This document shows positions 25,963 through 40,919 of a stretch of DNA of 64,000 nucleotides, piece by piece. This DNA is from Octopus vulgaris (taxonomy: Eukaryota): positions 43,152,001 to 43,216,000 of the forward strand of contig OX597823.1 of the NCBI GenBank assembly GCA_951406725.2, given 5' to 3'. Within the stretch, counting starts at the first letter, position 1, and each line of letters opens with the position of its first letter. A model generated the notes under the pieces. That model was given only the letters and a program-made list of their open reading frames with translations. It was not told where the DNA came from and did not search any database. The position numbers were made by a program, and so were the translations under genes.

Positions 25963-28718
25963 GATGTATTGATTTATACATACGTAAATAAATACGTATC
26001 CATTTACAGATGTATGATATACGTAGGTGTATGCGTGTTCCTGTGCACGCAAACAATATCTATGTTTGCATTTCAGTAATTCTTTATCGTTAATGTCCCA
26101 AATCTAAGTAAGCTGATCGCGTTGTACAGTCTTGAAACCAATTTCGTAAATGTATTTCACAGACTTTTCATATATTTGGTAATATTCCATATTGGAATAG
26201 TTATTGCTCTCATAGTAGAAAGTAGAGCTTTTCAAAAACTAAATGTATCTGAGTGAACCAGCCGCAAAATAACTACTCTGTATATGGTGCACAGTCAATG
26301 ATATTTTAATAATATTTATACACACAAAAAACACTAAAAAAATTGTCAGTCTTTCTGCATACTGTAAGATTTAAGATGTGATTCTTTCGGTAAACTAAAC
26401 TTTTTCTATAAGAAGAAACTGATATCGATCATCTGATAATTTGTGATCAAAGACGGTATGAAGTAGCCAGATCTATGCACATCATTCATTGATGGGGAAA
26501 GTAGTCACATTGTGAATCATTCAGTGACGGTGACCGAGGATGTAATTCATCCCGATATATGAATCGATCATTCGTGGTGAAAGAGAGTATTAGATTAGCA
26601 TATCTGTGTATTACTCCTTGACACTCGATAACAATGTAACATGTCCAGAACGATGAATCGAGAGTCATTGACAGTCAAGGACTTTATAAGAAGGCCAGAT
26701 CTAGAAATCAGCCGTTGAGAAAAGTAAAGACTTTTCTAGTTAACAGTATAGATGCAGCCATAGCTGTGTCGATGATATATTGGCTTCCTATCTACGCCTT
26801 ATAGGGTTCGATCCTCCTATCCAGCACATAATCTTCTTTCGACCAATTTTTTTATGAAAGAAATTTGGAAAGCAGCAACTGTATGGAAGCCTGTATGTCC
26901 AAGTGTACCTGTTCTAGTGGGTTTTTCGTTCTCTGTAGCTTGGTCTCGCGCTTCATCCTGGACTTTGGATGCCCCTAGCAGAGAACATCCTGTTGCAATC
27001 ATTCAGGTTATGTTTTTTTCTGAAGGTCAGTTTTCTTCTGCACAGTTCATGAGATCCTGTAGGTGTTATACATACGCTCCTGATACTTAAGAAACTTAGG
27101 ATCGTCTGCACCAACACTAATTAATCCACTCTATAAAAAAGTTTGATAAATTAAACTGCGAGGAATAAAGTATCATACATTCATGTTTCTTGCATTTGCT
27201 TAAGGGTGTGGAAGAGAAAGAAAAAGGCTATCGCTTCTGTTGTGAGCCAGTAAATAAATATTTTCGTACCTCCACAATCAAAGCCACTGTATTATTTGTT
27301 CCCGACTTCCAGATGAGGAGCAGAACCAGAACCATAAACTGTATTGCTCACAGTAATTAAGCTTCAGAAACTATTCTATGGAATAAATTGATTTATCTTG
27401 CGTGGGTTTAAGATAACCAATTCTATTCACCATAAATTCCATCAAAGAGAGTGTAAGATAACCAAATTAATAAAGAGCCAAATTTGCCGTTTTCCGACGT
27501 CGAAATGTAAAGTCACTGACTCATTACTGTGATAAAAACCTTAGATAAATCTTGGTTTCTTTTCAGCAAGTTTATGCTAATTGATCTTTTTCTTTTATAG
27601 TTTAAATATGAACAGTCATGATTCTTCTGACGCTGAGAAATAGCATGTTATATTAATAGCATAAACGAAAATGAAGTAGTATCTATCAGGAATTGATATT
27701 GCATTAAGTTGAATTCATACGGAGCTGACAAATATCTTCTCTTTAACATTTGAATTGTTTCCTTTACGACTATCGCAAAACAAAGGTCCCACAAGGTATA
27801 ACTTGTATTTTTTTTTTTTGTTGTGTACAGATAGCTGAGATTACAGCACTCATCACAACCTGTACGGGTCCGACAAAAGATAAACTTCTCAGTTATTGCT
27901 GGAGCTCATTTTGCAGCTGAGTGGGGTAGGGCAAAGTGAAAATTAAGGGTTTTGCCCAAGAACAAAATGCACCGTCGCGTTTAGGAATCGAGATCACGAT
28001 CAAAGATCGAGAGCGCAACACTCAACCATCTTGGTCATTCGCATTCCATATTAAATTAAACAGAATTTATTATTACAATCGGCAATGTAGGGAGTGGGTA
28101 TAGTCGAAAGCATTGACTAGTACATAACTGGTACTAATTTTATCATAAATTTAGAATGGTGAAGAATACAGTTGAATCCCTATTTTGAAACAAAATGTGA
28201 ACAAGTACGTATGTCACTAAAAGTCAGAAGAGAAGACATTTTCTCAAAAGTAGGATTCTTATAATCGATCCCCTCTACCTTCAGATAATATATCATTGAC
28301 ATTTTCTAACATACAGCTGCATATGTGTCTGCCTGGCTAATACACTTACTTTGCAGCCAGTTGGTTTCAGTTTCAAACCCACTGCGTGACACTTTAGGCA
28401 AATGTCTACTGCTATTGCCGCTGGTCAATCCATGTCTTCTAAGTGAATTTAGGGTTAAAGAACTTCTCTTTTTTCAATTCTCCTAGTTTTTTTCTCTCCA
28501 TTATCAGCTGCTTTACTCTCCTGCTGCAAATTTCATTCACCTTCTCGATTATTCTCCATGAACTTAGTCCCTCTCAGTCATCCAATCTGATTCACTGTCT
28601 GTCTATCTATTACTTATCTGTCAGCCTGTATGTCTGTCATCCTTACTCTCTCCCTCTCTCACTCTCTCGCTCGCACACAAATGTATATACATGTATTTGT
28701 GTTGAAAGGTATATAAAA

Positions 28719-28903
<185 letters not shown>

Positions 28904-28906
28904 TGA

Positions 28907-29218
28907 TGAAGGCACGTGGCTTAATTGTTGGGGTATTCGACTCGCAGGCGTGAGTTCAATTATTGGCGGCGCGTCGTGCCCTTGAGTAACACCGTTTATT
29001 TCACGTTGCTCCATACCACTCAAGGGCAAAAAGGAGTCGTACCTGTAATACAAAGGGCCAGTCTTGTCACATTCTGCGTCACGCAGATTCTTCCTGAGAA
29101 CTATGTTTACGTCTGTCTGTACAGTGCTCAAGCTCTTACACATTAATTTCAGCAGCATCAGGCTGCCACGTTGATCGGATCAACTAGAATCCTTGCCGTC
29201 GTAACCGACTGAATGCTA
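28907..29218 (+). mobile_element. tRNA-derived SINE family D
   Basis: A-box gtggcttaattgtt, B-box gagttcaatt, ccttgag core; further decayed copies at ~27860-28050(-), ~46400-46560(-), ~50380-50625(-) and ~53965-54285(+). Confidence 0.85.
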
Positions 29219-29480
29219 ATTAGTATATATGATACTGACGTCAGTAGTAACAATTCTCGATCGGCACTTTTCGGACGATTATGGCCCCTGTTAGTGTATA
29301 TGTTTCCACTCATGTGCTTTGACTGCAGTATTAGAGCAGTTTAGCTCTTCTTTCTAGCAATGTAGGTGTTCCCTAACACCTTGGCCACATTTGGTGACAA
29401 TTATAATTCCACCTTTTGGCAAGACTTTGCAAACTGCTGTTCATAATTATTATACACACACACACACACACATATACATA

Positions 29481-29546
<66 letters not shown>

Positions 29547-29690
29547 GGGAGAGTTTACGAAAAAAAATAACAAAAGACGAAGTCAGGTGGTGTACAAAAC
29601 AAACAGATGTATTAGTATAACGCTCAGGAATAGAAAAGGTCTTTTATGTTTCGAGCCTACGCTCTTCTACAGAAAGGGACACAGAAAAAA
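29547..29690 (-). mobile_element. PLE pseudo-LTR-like fragment in (TA)n with hammerhead-like motif at 29641-29676
   Basis: Minus strand: CTTT-CTGTAGA-A-GAGC gtag GCTC-GAAA-CA-TA-AAAG, followed by ttcctgagcg..aatac as in the 22033 family. Confidence 0.68.
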
Positions 29691-29712
29691 ATATATATAT
29701 ATAAATAGATAC

Positions 29713-29828
<116 letters not shown>

Positions 29829-31061
29829 TTATATATATTTATATGTGTGTGTGTGTGTGCGTGTATTTATATCTTGCTATCTACTTTCTACCCATCTACT
29901 GGCGTATCTTTCTTTTCATTATATCTTTCTCGTATGTTAAGATTTCTCTGCAACTTTCTATACATCTCCTTACTGCTTCTCATCTCTCACTTCCAATTTT
30001 TCCTCATAGTCTCTTGTCTTTCTCACTTCTCCGCTATAGTTTCTTTAATTTCCGTCTTTCCCAATATTCTTTCTCTCTCTTTTTCTCTACATTGACCTTC
30101 ACCGTGTGATCTCGTTCACCATCTTTTCTTCATTCTTTCACCTCTCATGTTTCCCCTCTCACTATCTCTAACTCTATACTTCTATCTATCACCCTCTCTC
30201 TACTTCTAACACTCTTCTTTCTTTTTATTTCCTTGCTCTTACTGTCCCCACCAGCTTCTCGTTACATCCTCTAACTAACCGACATATATAATTTCATAGC
30301 AACGACGACACAGAATACTCCACATATAGTCACACCTATCCACATCCCTCCATACCTATCAACACCTATTGACACTTATCAACACTTAGCTATCCACAAA
30401 CTCAACAACAATAACAAACAACAAAACAAAACAACCTACGACTTGGAGGGGGGAGATAAGAAGCTAAACAAACAGACTTAACTTCTCGGCGAACATTACG
30501 TGTTAAATCTTAATTACACACCAAGGTCGGCACTATTTCTTTATTTCGTTCGTTGTTTTAAAATTCGTTTGTTTTTCCGGATGTTTTTTAATATCTTCTA
30601 ACAAAGTAATAAATAAATAAATAAATAATGATATAAAAATACAGCATTCTAATGCCATATATAGTTATGTTTGTATATTGGCCGGTTTTCCTAAAAAGGT
30701 TTAATTTGTTGCGAAGATAACAAAAAATATATATTACACTCTACGTATGGTGCTAAAATTCTATTGGTGAAAGAGTATTATATTTTACAATCTATCTGTC
30801 TGACTGCCTGCTGGCAGCCTCGCTGGTTTGATGGTGGGTGGGTCATTCACTCAGTTGGTTAGTTGAGTGATTTTGTATGGGTTGTGGTTTCCATCGTTAA
30901 CAGCTACAGTGGTTGTTATCGTAGTCGCTGTTTGTAACGTTCATGTTGCTCATGGTTGTGAGGAAGTGTTGGAGGTGACGTAGGATGTTGTGACGATGAT
31001 AGTCCTAGTAGAGGTTTTGTATGTATGTGTGTGTGTGTGTGTGCGTGTGTGTATGTTTATG

Positions 31062-31505
31062 TCAGGTCACTTTCGAGTGCTACTGGTAACATGTAACCCA
31101 GTACAACCTGTTGCATGGTCGGGTCCTCGGCGACTAAACCGGCAACCCCACAAAGCTTGCTTGGTGAGGAGGCTGTTTATTGGACACCCTGTGGGATGAA
31201 AAACAAAACCCGTCAAAGGGCGGAGGAACTCTTGAGAGTCAGCGGCCATCCAATAAATGTCTTAAGGATTTATCATGCGCAAGGACATAGAAATAATCGG
31301 ACTGAATACCCAATCGCGTGGTTAAACCATTGGGAATGAAGGACTCCTAACCTGTGTTAGGGCATCCTTCTAGGAGAAGGTAACTCAGGTAAATAGGATA
31401 ACTCCGACATGAAACCTGCGGCTCAGTGGTTACGATGATGTTGACTTCTTCTTTTCGGATTGTGGCTGCTGTTGGCCATACTCGATAACGAGGGGGCAGC
31501 CACCA
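31062..31505 (+). mobile_element. Non-coding dispersed repeat, same family as 1-268, with an internal deletion
   Basis: 3' part matches 1-268 but lacks about 105 bp; flanked by TATG repeats. Confidence 0.6.
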
Positions 31506-32399
31506 TGTATGTATGTATGTATATATAATCGGTTAGGCAGAGCTGACACGTGTCAGTATGCTTTAGCCACTCGGTATACCCTCCTCCACCTCCCTCGATC
31601 TTAGCGTTCTAATGATAAAGAAATAAATTAAAAATATGACGTTGAGTGCGTATGTTTGCGTACAAGTAACTGTATGAGATTGTGTTTAAGTGTGTTTGTG
31701 TGTGTACGCATAACTGCATGATACTGTGTGTTTCTGTGTCTCCGCGTAACCGGAACGAACCGAAGTATTAATTTACAAATTTTGAGCATGTGTCTATAAT
31801 ACATTAAAAGTCAAATTGAATCTTGCTTGCTTGAAATTTTACTCATCCAAACTGGCGCATAATGGGAAAATATCATTAAATGTAAGTACGAACGGAATGA
31901 AACAAATTTCACATAAATCGAATAAGTGGTTGTGAAGATATTAAGGATTTTCAGGGTATAAATACCCATAACGGTGCATAATGGGAAAAGTTTCCGATAT
32001 TTACTTAATTCTGAAAGGGAAGTAACTCTTACTTTTCGATTAACAACGAAAAAATACGATTTGATTTTTTTACAGTAAACGTTTCTATTTTCGCTTTTGT
32101 TAAGCACAATATTTTAATCATTTAGAAATATTTTTAAGTGAATGTGATTTCAAAAATACAAGGCGTTTGTACAATAAGCATTTATATCTTAACTTTCTTT
32201 AAACAGACAATATTTCATGTTTTTTTTTAAGTATGTTCAAGTGAATACCATTGCAAATTCTTTTTTTTTTTTTTTAAGCATTTCGTAAAACATCCGTTCG
32301 TGACTTCGGGGTGAAATAAATTTTTCCATAGGCTTTTTTCGAGTGCATTTAAAGTATCTCAGTTACAAAGATTTTGGCTGCTTTTTCTAGTACGCCCTT

Positions 32400-32495
32400 C
32401 TTATTTCTTTATTGCCCACAATGGGCTAAACATAGAGGGGACAAAAAAGGACAGACAAACAGATTAAGTCGATTATATCGACCCCAGTGCGTAAC
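32400..32495 (-). mobile_element. SINE family B, 3' fragment
   Basis: Reverse complement of the family B tail. Confidence 0.8.
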
Positions 32496-32721
32496 CCGCG
32501 ATACGTGGTAGCAGGGCGTGCAAGACATAGCAGAAATACCTCGGGAAAGGAGCCGTTTACGTGTGATATCGATGTCACATTCGTTCAAAACATGTAACAT
32601 AACCTGGAAAAGAAAAAAAGCCGTCAAAACAGAACTCCGTTGCCGGGAAACTCAGACTTTCCCGGTGACCCGACCAGTCGCGGGTAGTCTAGTATATGTT
32701 ATAATGAAGGAAATTGTGGTA

Positions 32722-32895
32722 TAGGGTGCCTAGTTGCACTACAACTAAAAAAAATCCCTCAAATATACAGTTGGCGGATTTCAGGAAGCACGGAAGTTTT
32801 GGAGGATGTTGTGTCTCGACATCTAACCAGTAATGTGGGTAATTTGTTCCAAGCTTCAGCAATTCTGACCGTGAAAAAATGTTTTCGAGAGTCAT
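32722..32895 (-). mobile_element. CR1-type LINE 3' end, decayed
   Basis: Reads DSRKHFFTVRIAEAWNKLP; paralogous to 33996-34181. Confidence 0.75.
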
Positions 32896-32931
32896 AGGTG
32901 GTGTGTTGGTTTTTGATTTTATATATATACA

Positions 32932-32986
<55 letters not shown>

Positions 32987-33032
32987 ATATTTACGTGAGT
33001 GCGTGCATATGAGCGTATCAGTGAGTGTAAAT

Positions 33033-33198
33033 AGAGTAGAGTTTCTTCAGAATTACGAACCTACGGATGAAACTGCTATTAAATAATATATTTAACTCCT
33101 ATGAAATGAGGTGAATGCTGCTTTCATTCAATTCTCCACACATTCATATATACACCCATATATAAAAATTTTTACACGTATGTACATAGGCATATATA

Positions 33199-33234
<36 letters not shown>

Positions 33235-33436
33235 TATATATACACGTAAGTACGCAAGTGTGACCAGGTTACAGCCAGGTCGACGAAATTTTTGGTAGCA
33301 AATATACGATTAAATGACATTAAAGCTAACAGCTTTTGTGTGCTTGTGGCGAAAATGTGTCGTTTTTATGAATATATATATATATTCTTTTACTCGTTTC
33401 AGTCATTCGATTGCGGCCATACTAGAGCAGCACCTT

Positions 33437-33525
<89 letters not shown>

Positions 33526-33933
33526 GTGTGTGTGTACATATATACACATATGCCTGTACATACATAAACATATTTTCACAGGAAGTGATAGACAGGCACA
33601 GAGACACCCAAACAGACAGCCAGATATAGATACACTTGTCAGTGAACAAATGAAAGAAAGTAGTAGTCTATTGATTTTCTTAGACTTACAAGCACTCAGT
33701 AACGGCTGGTTCACTTCCATACTCCTTTAAGTTTCGAAGTCGGGTCTGTTGAAATGTCTGTCTACTGAAATTTTCGAGACTGTTTTACTTATGCCTGAAA
33801 TGGGGGTGTGGGTTAGAGTAGAGTTTCTACAGATTTACGAGCTTACGAATGAAACTGCTATTAAATAATATATTTAACTCCTATCAAATGAGGTGAATGC
33901 CAGTCTTTCAATTCTCCACACATTCATATATAC
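33033..33933 (+). repeat. ~120-bp direct repeat pair (33033-33152 and 33815-33933)
   Basis: agagtagagtttct...gaaactgctattaaataatatatttaactcctat...ctccacacattcatatatac in both copies. Confidence 0.85.
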
Positions 33934-33995
<62 letters not shown>

Positions 33996-34181
33996 TGTGT
34001 ACAGTGCTCAGGTGCACTACAACTCATCTAAAGTGTATATATAATCAGGTGTAGTTTCGGCGATTTCGGAAAGCATGAGGGCCTTAAAGGATGCAGTGTC
34101 ATGGCAGTCAACAACTGACGCAGGCAGTTTATTCCATGCTTCAGCAACTCTGAGCGTGAAAAAATGTTTCCGAAAGTCATG
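33996..34181 (-). mobile_element. CR1-type LINE 3' end with (TTA)n tail
   Basis: DFRKHFFTLRVAEAWNKLPASVVDCHDTASFKALM matches the CR1 ORF2 terminal FFxxRVxxxWNxLP motif. Confidence 0.82.
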
Positions 34182-34216
34182 TATGTATGTATATATATAT
34201 ATATCTTTGTATGTAT

Positions 34217-34267
<51 letters not shown>

Positions 34268-34579
34268 GCCATTTCTCTGTAGATCGCAAAAATAGTGACC
34301 AACCTTTATCGCGTTTCGAATTATCATTTTTATGAACAGATGGTCTACATCCAGGACAATGAAGTTACTAGTCTATTTATATACTACCAACCCAAATAAA
34401 CGAAGTGACTTGTCTCCTTATATACTTAAGAGTTCCACTAGTTATAATAAACTGGGATGATTAATTTGCTTCTCATAAATGCTAATACTTTATTTATTAT
34501 CAGAATCCTGTCAACGTTGACTTCAGTTCGCACAGTAACAAGGTGTGATATATGTAACCTACACAGTAGCTATATAATC

Positions 34580-36120
34580 AGATATACATATACACATACA
34601 CGCACACATATATATATATATACACTCGCATATATATACACTCGCATGCATCCCTACCCACATACATACACGCACACCTACTCACACACACACATACACA
34701 CACACACATACCCGCACACACATACACATACATACATACACACACATACCCACTTCAGACATACACACATACACTCACACTCACACGCATACACACACAC
34801 ATACATACGCACACGTACACATACACACACACACACACCTACATACATACATTACACTTGTATACACACACACTTACATTCATACAAACACACCTACACA
34901 GCCATACCCTCACTCAGACACACACATCTACCTACACACACACACAAACACACACTGACACACACCCATACATACATACATCTACACACTCACGCCTACA
35001 CACATACATACACACATACATAAACACACACACATACACATACACACACATACGCACACACGCATATACTTATACACATGCACACACACACCCATACATA
35101 CATACACCCATATACATACACACACACATACCTACATACTCCTATACGCACATACATACACACAGACATACACACATACACACTCACAAAAACATACACA
35201 CACACATACTTACACACACACTCACCTGCACGCGCACACACATGCATGACAAACACCCATACACTCACACTCACATACGCACACACCAACATAAACACGC
35301 ACACGCACACACACACCTACACTCCCACACACATACACACGCACCTACATACACACACGCACGCATACACACGCATACACACACACATTACACACGTACA
35401 CACACACCTACATACACATGCATACACACACACACACAAACATGCACGGACACACCCAGACATACATACACACACCTATATACACACGCCCACACACCTA
35501 CATACACACACATATACACACGCCCACACAGCTACATACACACACATACATACACACATACACGGACACACCCATACATACTTACATACATACACCTATA
35601 CACACACGCCTACACACCTACACACACACATGCATACACACACACATGTACGCACATACACACACATATACGCACATACATATATACCCACACACATGCA
35701 CACACACACACATACGCACATGCATGCACGCATGCACACGCGCACACCTACACGCATACACACACACACACGCACGTACACATACATACATACACACACG
35801 CATACATACACCCATACACATACATGCATCCTACACACACATACATACACACTCACACATACATACACACACACGCACTCACTCACACACCTGTATGTTC
35901 GCGCACACACATGCACATACACACACTTCCCCACACCCACACGTACATACATACACACTCATACACATACACACACACACACACACGGACATACATCTAT
36001 GCACACACATACATACACACATACTCACATACATTCATCGGACACACTGCCACCCAGACATACACACAGACACACTCACACATCCACACACACACATACG
36101 TACGCGCACACTCGCAGGCG
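34580..36120. repeat. ~1.5-kb degenerate (CA)/(CATA) low-complexity tract
   Basis: Direct reading; produces the H/T/Y-rich ORFs. Confidence 0.92.
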
Positions 36121-36759
36121 CGCGCACACACGCGCTTGCGCCGGTTCGCGCACGCATGCGCGCCGCATGCACCTCGCCCTTGGACCCGACGAGACCTCCC
36201 GCCCGTTCCTGGGATGTCGCTTGTCGTTGGGTTTTCCCACGCCCGTCTCCGCGGGACCACTCTTCCATCTTCCCCTCAGCTGGAGTCCTTTTCCTTAACC
36301 CCCCCCCTTTTTCGTTACACACACGCGCACACATACACACACATTGCTTCTTACACACATTCAATCTACTCGCCATTAATACTACCACGACACTGGACAC
36401 ACACACACACTACTACCCAACACACGCTGGCACGCTACATACGCCCCCACCCCTTCCCCTCCCTCCCTTCCTCCTTCCTCCCTTTTCTTACTACTGACCT
36501 TTGTCTGCTATGCTGCTGCTATGCTGACCACCGTCTCGCCCTACCTCACACGCCTACACACAGACGCACACACTAACACATACATATATTTTTTGTTTTT
36601 TTATCTCGCCTCACACACACACATACACACACGCACACGCACACACTCACACATACACACACATCTGTTGCGTTACCAACCTTGTCTCCACTCTTTTGCC
36701 TTTAAAAACCCACTTTGCTCTTATTATCGTAAACATCCGCCTTTCACCATGTGTAACTC

Positions 36760-36954
36760 CTAACACCAGTCGTTTTTTTCTCTATCTCCGTGGCCCGCTC
36801 TGGGATCTTTCTTTCCTCTCTCTTCCTTCTTTATGTTTCCGACGAAGAGCTCCGCTCGAAACGTCATACCTCCCTGCTTCCATTTCCTGAGCGCCTATTA
36901 ATAATAATACTGTAATTGTTCCATTGTTGTTGTTTTTTGTTTCCCGTTTGGATT

Positions 36955-36960
<6 letters not shown>
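36760..36960 (+). mobile_element. PLE pseudo-LTR-like 3' end with hammerhead-like motif at 36835-36869
   Basis: GTTT-CCGACGA-A-GAGC tcc GCTC-GAAA-CG-TC-ATAC; ends gtttggattaaaatt then (TA)n. Confidence 0.75.
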
Positions 36961-37026
<66 letters not shown>

Positions 37027-37095
37027 GTATGTGTGCATATATATATATGTGTATATATATGTATATATATGTATATATATATATTTATATATTTG

Positions 37096-37128
<33 letters not shown>

Positions 37129-37317
37129 TTATGTATATATGTATGTATATATGTATGTATATATGTATATATATACGTATATATATATATGTATATATAT
37201 GTGTGTATATATATATATATGTATGTATGCATATATATATAGAGAGAGAGACAGACAGACACACAGACAGATAGATAGATAGATAAACGTTTATGTGTAT
37301 GTATATACGCACATACG

Positions 37318-37348
<31 letters not shown>

Positions 37349-39452
37349 GAATGTGTATGAGTATGTGTGGAGACTATTGGATTTGAGTTTTAAGTTCTTG
37401 ATAACTGCCACCTCAGTAACAAAGTTGTAGAGATATTTTAAAGGAAAAGCTCCGTTTCTTTGAATCATCCTTTTCGTCATAAAGACGTGTGTGTTGTGTG
37501 TGTGTGTTAGTATGTCTGTGTGTGTACGTGTGTATTTGTATATATATCCGTGTGTTTGCATATATATATCCGTGTGTTTGCATGCATATATGTACAATTG
37601 AGAAAATGTTAACAGACTCGGATAGAACATGTAAATCTAGATCAATTGTCCGGCATGTGCAAATAACACAGTTACTGCAAATATTATGCTTGTCACACAT
37701 TTTATGCAGGCCAGTCGATTTTGCATTAACATGTGATTAAAAGTGCCGCGGCTTTCCTAGAAAAAAATACTTAACTCTCTCAGTGAAATTTATGTTTGCT
37801 ATCAGACGCAGATTCTCTGTGTGCACGTCATGTTTCCTTCTGTTTCATTTTATTTTATGCTAATGTTTTGTCGCACCGTTTTGTTTCGTCGCTTCGTGTA
37901 TTCTTTGTATTTTGCCTTTATTTTTTTTTTTCGGTTTGAATTTACTTTACGTTCTATTTTCGTTGTCTTTTTTTTCTGTGGGGAGGAGTGATGAGTGAGA
38001 GAGAGAGTCATGGTGGTTATTGTTTTATATTCATTTCATGAATTGTGCAGTATTGGCAATAACTAAAACAACAAGTTATGCTGTCACATGTATTACATAT
38101 ATGAAACCACAAAGACAGCAATTTCGTTAGCTAATGTTAAAAAGCACAAAACGTAACCAAACGCAACAAAGGAAAAACAGAAGAAAAGAACCAGCTTCAA
38201 CCACGACAGTGGTAGTTTTTTCTTTATCAGGTTTTACTGAGAGCAAGACTATGTCAATAACAACGACAGCAAGAACAGTAACAACAACACTGACGACAGC
38301 TGTAACAACAACAGCACTGCTTTATTGTATGAGTCGAGACGTTGTATGACGTAAGAAACTTTACGTTGCTAACGATTTTGACAATAACACTAACGATGAC
38401 AACAGACATTCATTGTAGTTATTTCAACAGATATGATGACAAAAGCTGCTAATATAGACCACACTACAGTCATTCATATAACATGCCTGTATGGCGCTAC
38501 TACTGCGACACTCAGGCCCCTCACGTAGACGTACACAACAAAACAAAAGCACTCGTACACACACTCGTATCAACACATATTCTCAGATGCCATATTATTT
38601 CCAAAGCAATATTTTGTCTTTTATCTTTTACTTTTTACAGTGATTGGACTGCGACCATGCTGGTGCACCAGCTTGAAGGAATTTTAGTAGTACAAATCGA
38701 CTCAAGTAATAATTTTTCAAAAGCCTAGCACCTACTCTGTTACTATAGCCGTATCGCTAAGCCACGCAGACATAAACAAAACAATATCGGATATAAAGGG
38801 CTCCTAATGATAGACAGAAACACACACACACACACATAATCACGTACACATACACGCACACGCATGTACACAAACACACGTACACATGTACACACGCACA
38901 TATATCTTTTATATTTTAGTTGTCTCAGTAACTGGATAGCTGCCATGCTGGAGGACCACATTGAAATAGTTTTAGTTGAACCAGGGTCCATATAAGATTT
39001 TGTTGGTAAAATGTCCATGTAATAAATTGGATATATCTGCAATACACGAAGTATTTTAACAGTTTTTATTCCATTCCTAATGATGTTTAAATATACAAGG
39101 TGTCTTTAAATCGAATGGCTATGGGTAAAATTGGAACCAAAGGGGTCCATAGATGAAACATAGTTGAGAAACATTGAGCGAAACCATCTCTATATAATTA
39201 TAGCCACAATATATTGTTGGTTGCTTGACTTGATGATCCTCCATCATTCTTTACATATTATATATATATATATATATACACACATGGATGTGTATTTTTC
39301 AATGCTTACACATAACAGGGAAAAAAATAAATAAATACTTACCAGGGTAGCAAAAATTCATGTAAGTACCAAGGATGTAACAGCCTATTTATAAACGTAG
39401 AAATTCCAGGTTTTGGTGAAATATTTTTGTATGACATAAATAAATAAATAAA

Positions 39453-40161
39453 TGGGGTTCAACGCAGGTGTTACTCAAATCTTTATACTTCCAACATATG
39501 TTTCGAAGAATACATTGGTATTATTCCAGAAGGAATAACATGGTGTAAAACAATGCAATCTTCTCATGAGGGGAAAAAGAGAAACAGAACACATCAGTAA
39601 GATATTTTAACTGAATGTGATTACTGCATATATGATGAAGGTTACGCTAGTAGGTTATGTTTTAAAAAAAAAATTAACAGATATAACGTCAAAGGAAATT
39701 TATAGAAAGAGGAGGAGAAAGAAAGAAACTAGCATAGAATTAAAAGTGAAGAAATATAGTGCGATAGGTAAATAGGAATAATGATTGAAAGCATAGAAAT
39801 AGATATATTTAGTGTAAGTGAAATGTAAGAAGACAGTTAAAGGTCGAAATTTATAGACTGGTAGAAATCACTTATAACAACTAAAGGTATGTTTTTGCCA
39901 TCGTTTGCAACGATAAAAGCGTTCTTTAAATGTTTTACAAGAGGATTCTCTGAAAACAGGATGAAATATAGTTCATCGTTACAGAGCGGAAATGAATTAG
40001 GTAGAGTATTCCATTCGAAATCAAATTCTTTGTTATGTTCCTTTAATGAGCAAATTAATTTTACTAAGTCCAGTATAGTTTACGTTTATTGATATGTCTA
40101 ACTGTTTTCTTCGAAACATACGTCGAAAGTATAAAGATTTGAATAACATCTGCGTTTAACT

Positions 40162-40164
<3 letters not shown>
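39453..40164 (-). mobile_element. 5'-truncated Penelope-like element (possibly Naiad-type) with inverted partial pLTR
   Basis: 39453-39515 is the inverted copy of 40101-40164. Minus strand reads, across frameshifts, TGLSK..SLKE...EWNTL...LCNDELYFIL...RCKR, like a PLE endonuclease C-terminus; HHR in the 3' region. Confidence 0.65.
39489..39575 (-). ncRNA. Type I hammerhead with long stem II and G5 mutated
   Basis: Minus strand: TTCCC-CTCATGA-GAAGATTGCATTG..CAATGTATTCTTC-GAAA-CATATG-TT-GGAA. Confidence 0.68.
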
Positions 40165-40211
<47 letters not shown>

Positions 40212-40919
40212 TAGTGTTTGATAATAATGAGTATGGAAACTTGTACATCCACAAATTTCTCTTATAATTATATACAGTATATTACAATAACATACACGTG
40301 TTTCCACTGCAGCAACTACTCATTGTTGAAGATGCAACTTTGCAATATTGTCGTTGCAGTTTCATCAGGGTCCGTTCATTTGATTTTCTTCGAAGTGAAC
40401 TGGCTGAAGTAACGTTTTGTTAGTTAGTGTTCTGTGTGAGGTAGACCTTGATTTCACCCCAGTCATTGTCCGAAGTTAGGGCTTGGAAAATTATATTCAG
40501 AGAGTGCGAGAGAGGAGAGAGAGAGAGTGAGAGAGAGAATAAAACCCAGAAAGTTAACGTTACAGGATCAACACATACTACGCTTGGTGGCAAGCAATGA
40601 GTGAAGGAACGCCGTACACATTCATATTCATTGTGAGAGAAAGAACCATAGAGACTAGTTGTTGTGGAGGAGGTAAATAAGAGAGTGGTTTTGAGAAGAG
40701 GTATACAAGTTGAATTTTTTTAATTCCTTTTATTTTTATATAATAAACATTTTACTTTTATAAATAAATATTCATTTCATCCTTTTGCATAAGTACCAAG
40801 AAATTTGATAAAAGTTAAATTACAATTATTGTATACATGCCTGTCTTCCTGATATTAACCGTGTTGGCAAGAGTATACTTCCTGATTTAACCGTCATATG
40901 ACATGTAACACATGTATAT

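Noticed and set aside
26854-27090. DIRS tyrosine-recombinase-like words (RASSW, KAATVW)
   Set aside because: Motifs are in the wrong order and no catalytic H-x-x-R is present.
34457-36576. Long ORFs (572, 406, 359 and 188 aa) rich in H/T/Y
   Set aside because: Translations of a degenerate (CA)n tract that lacks stops by composition. The noisy sequence to ~36700 may also be low-quality consensus.
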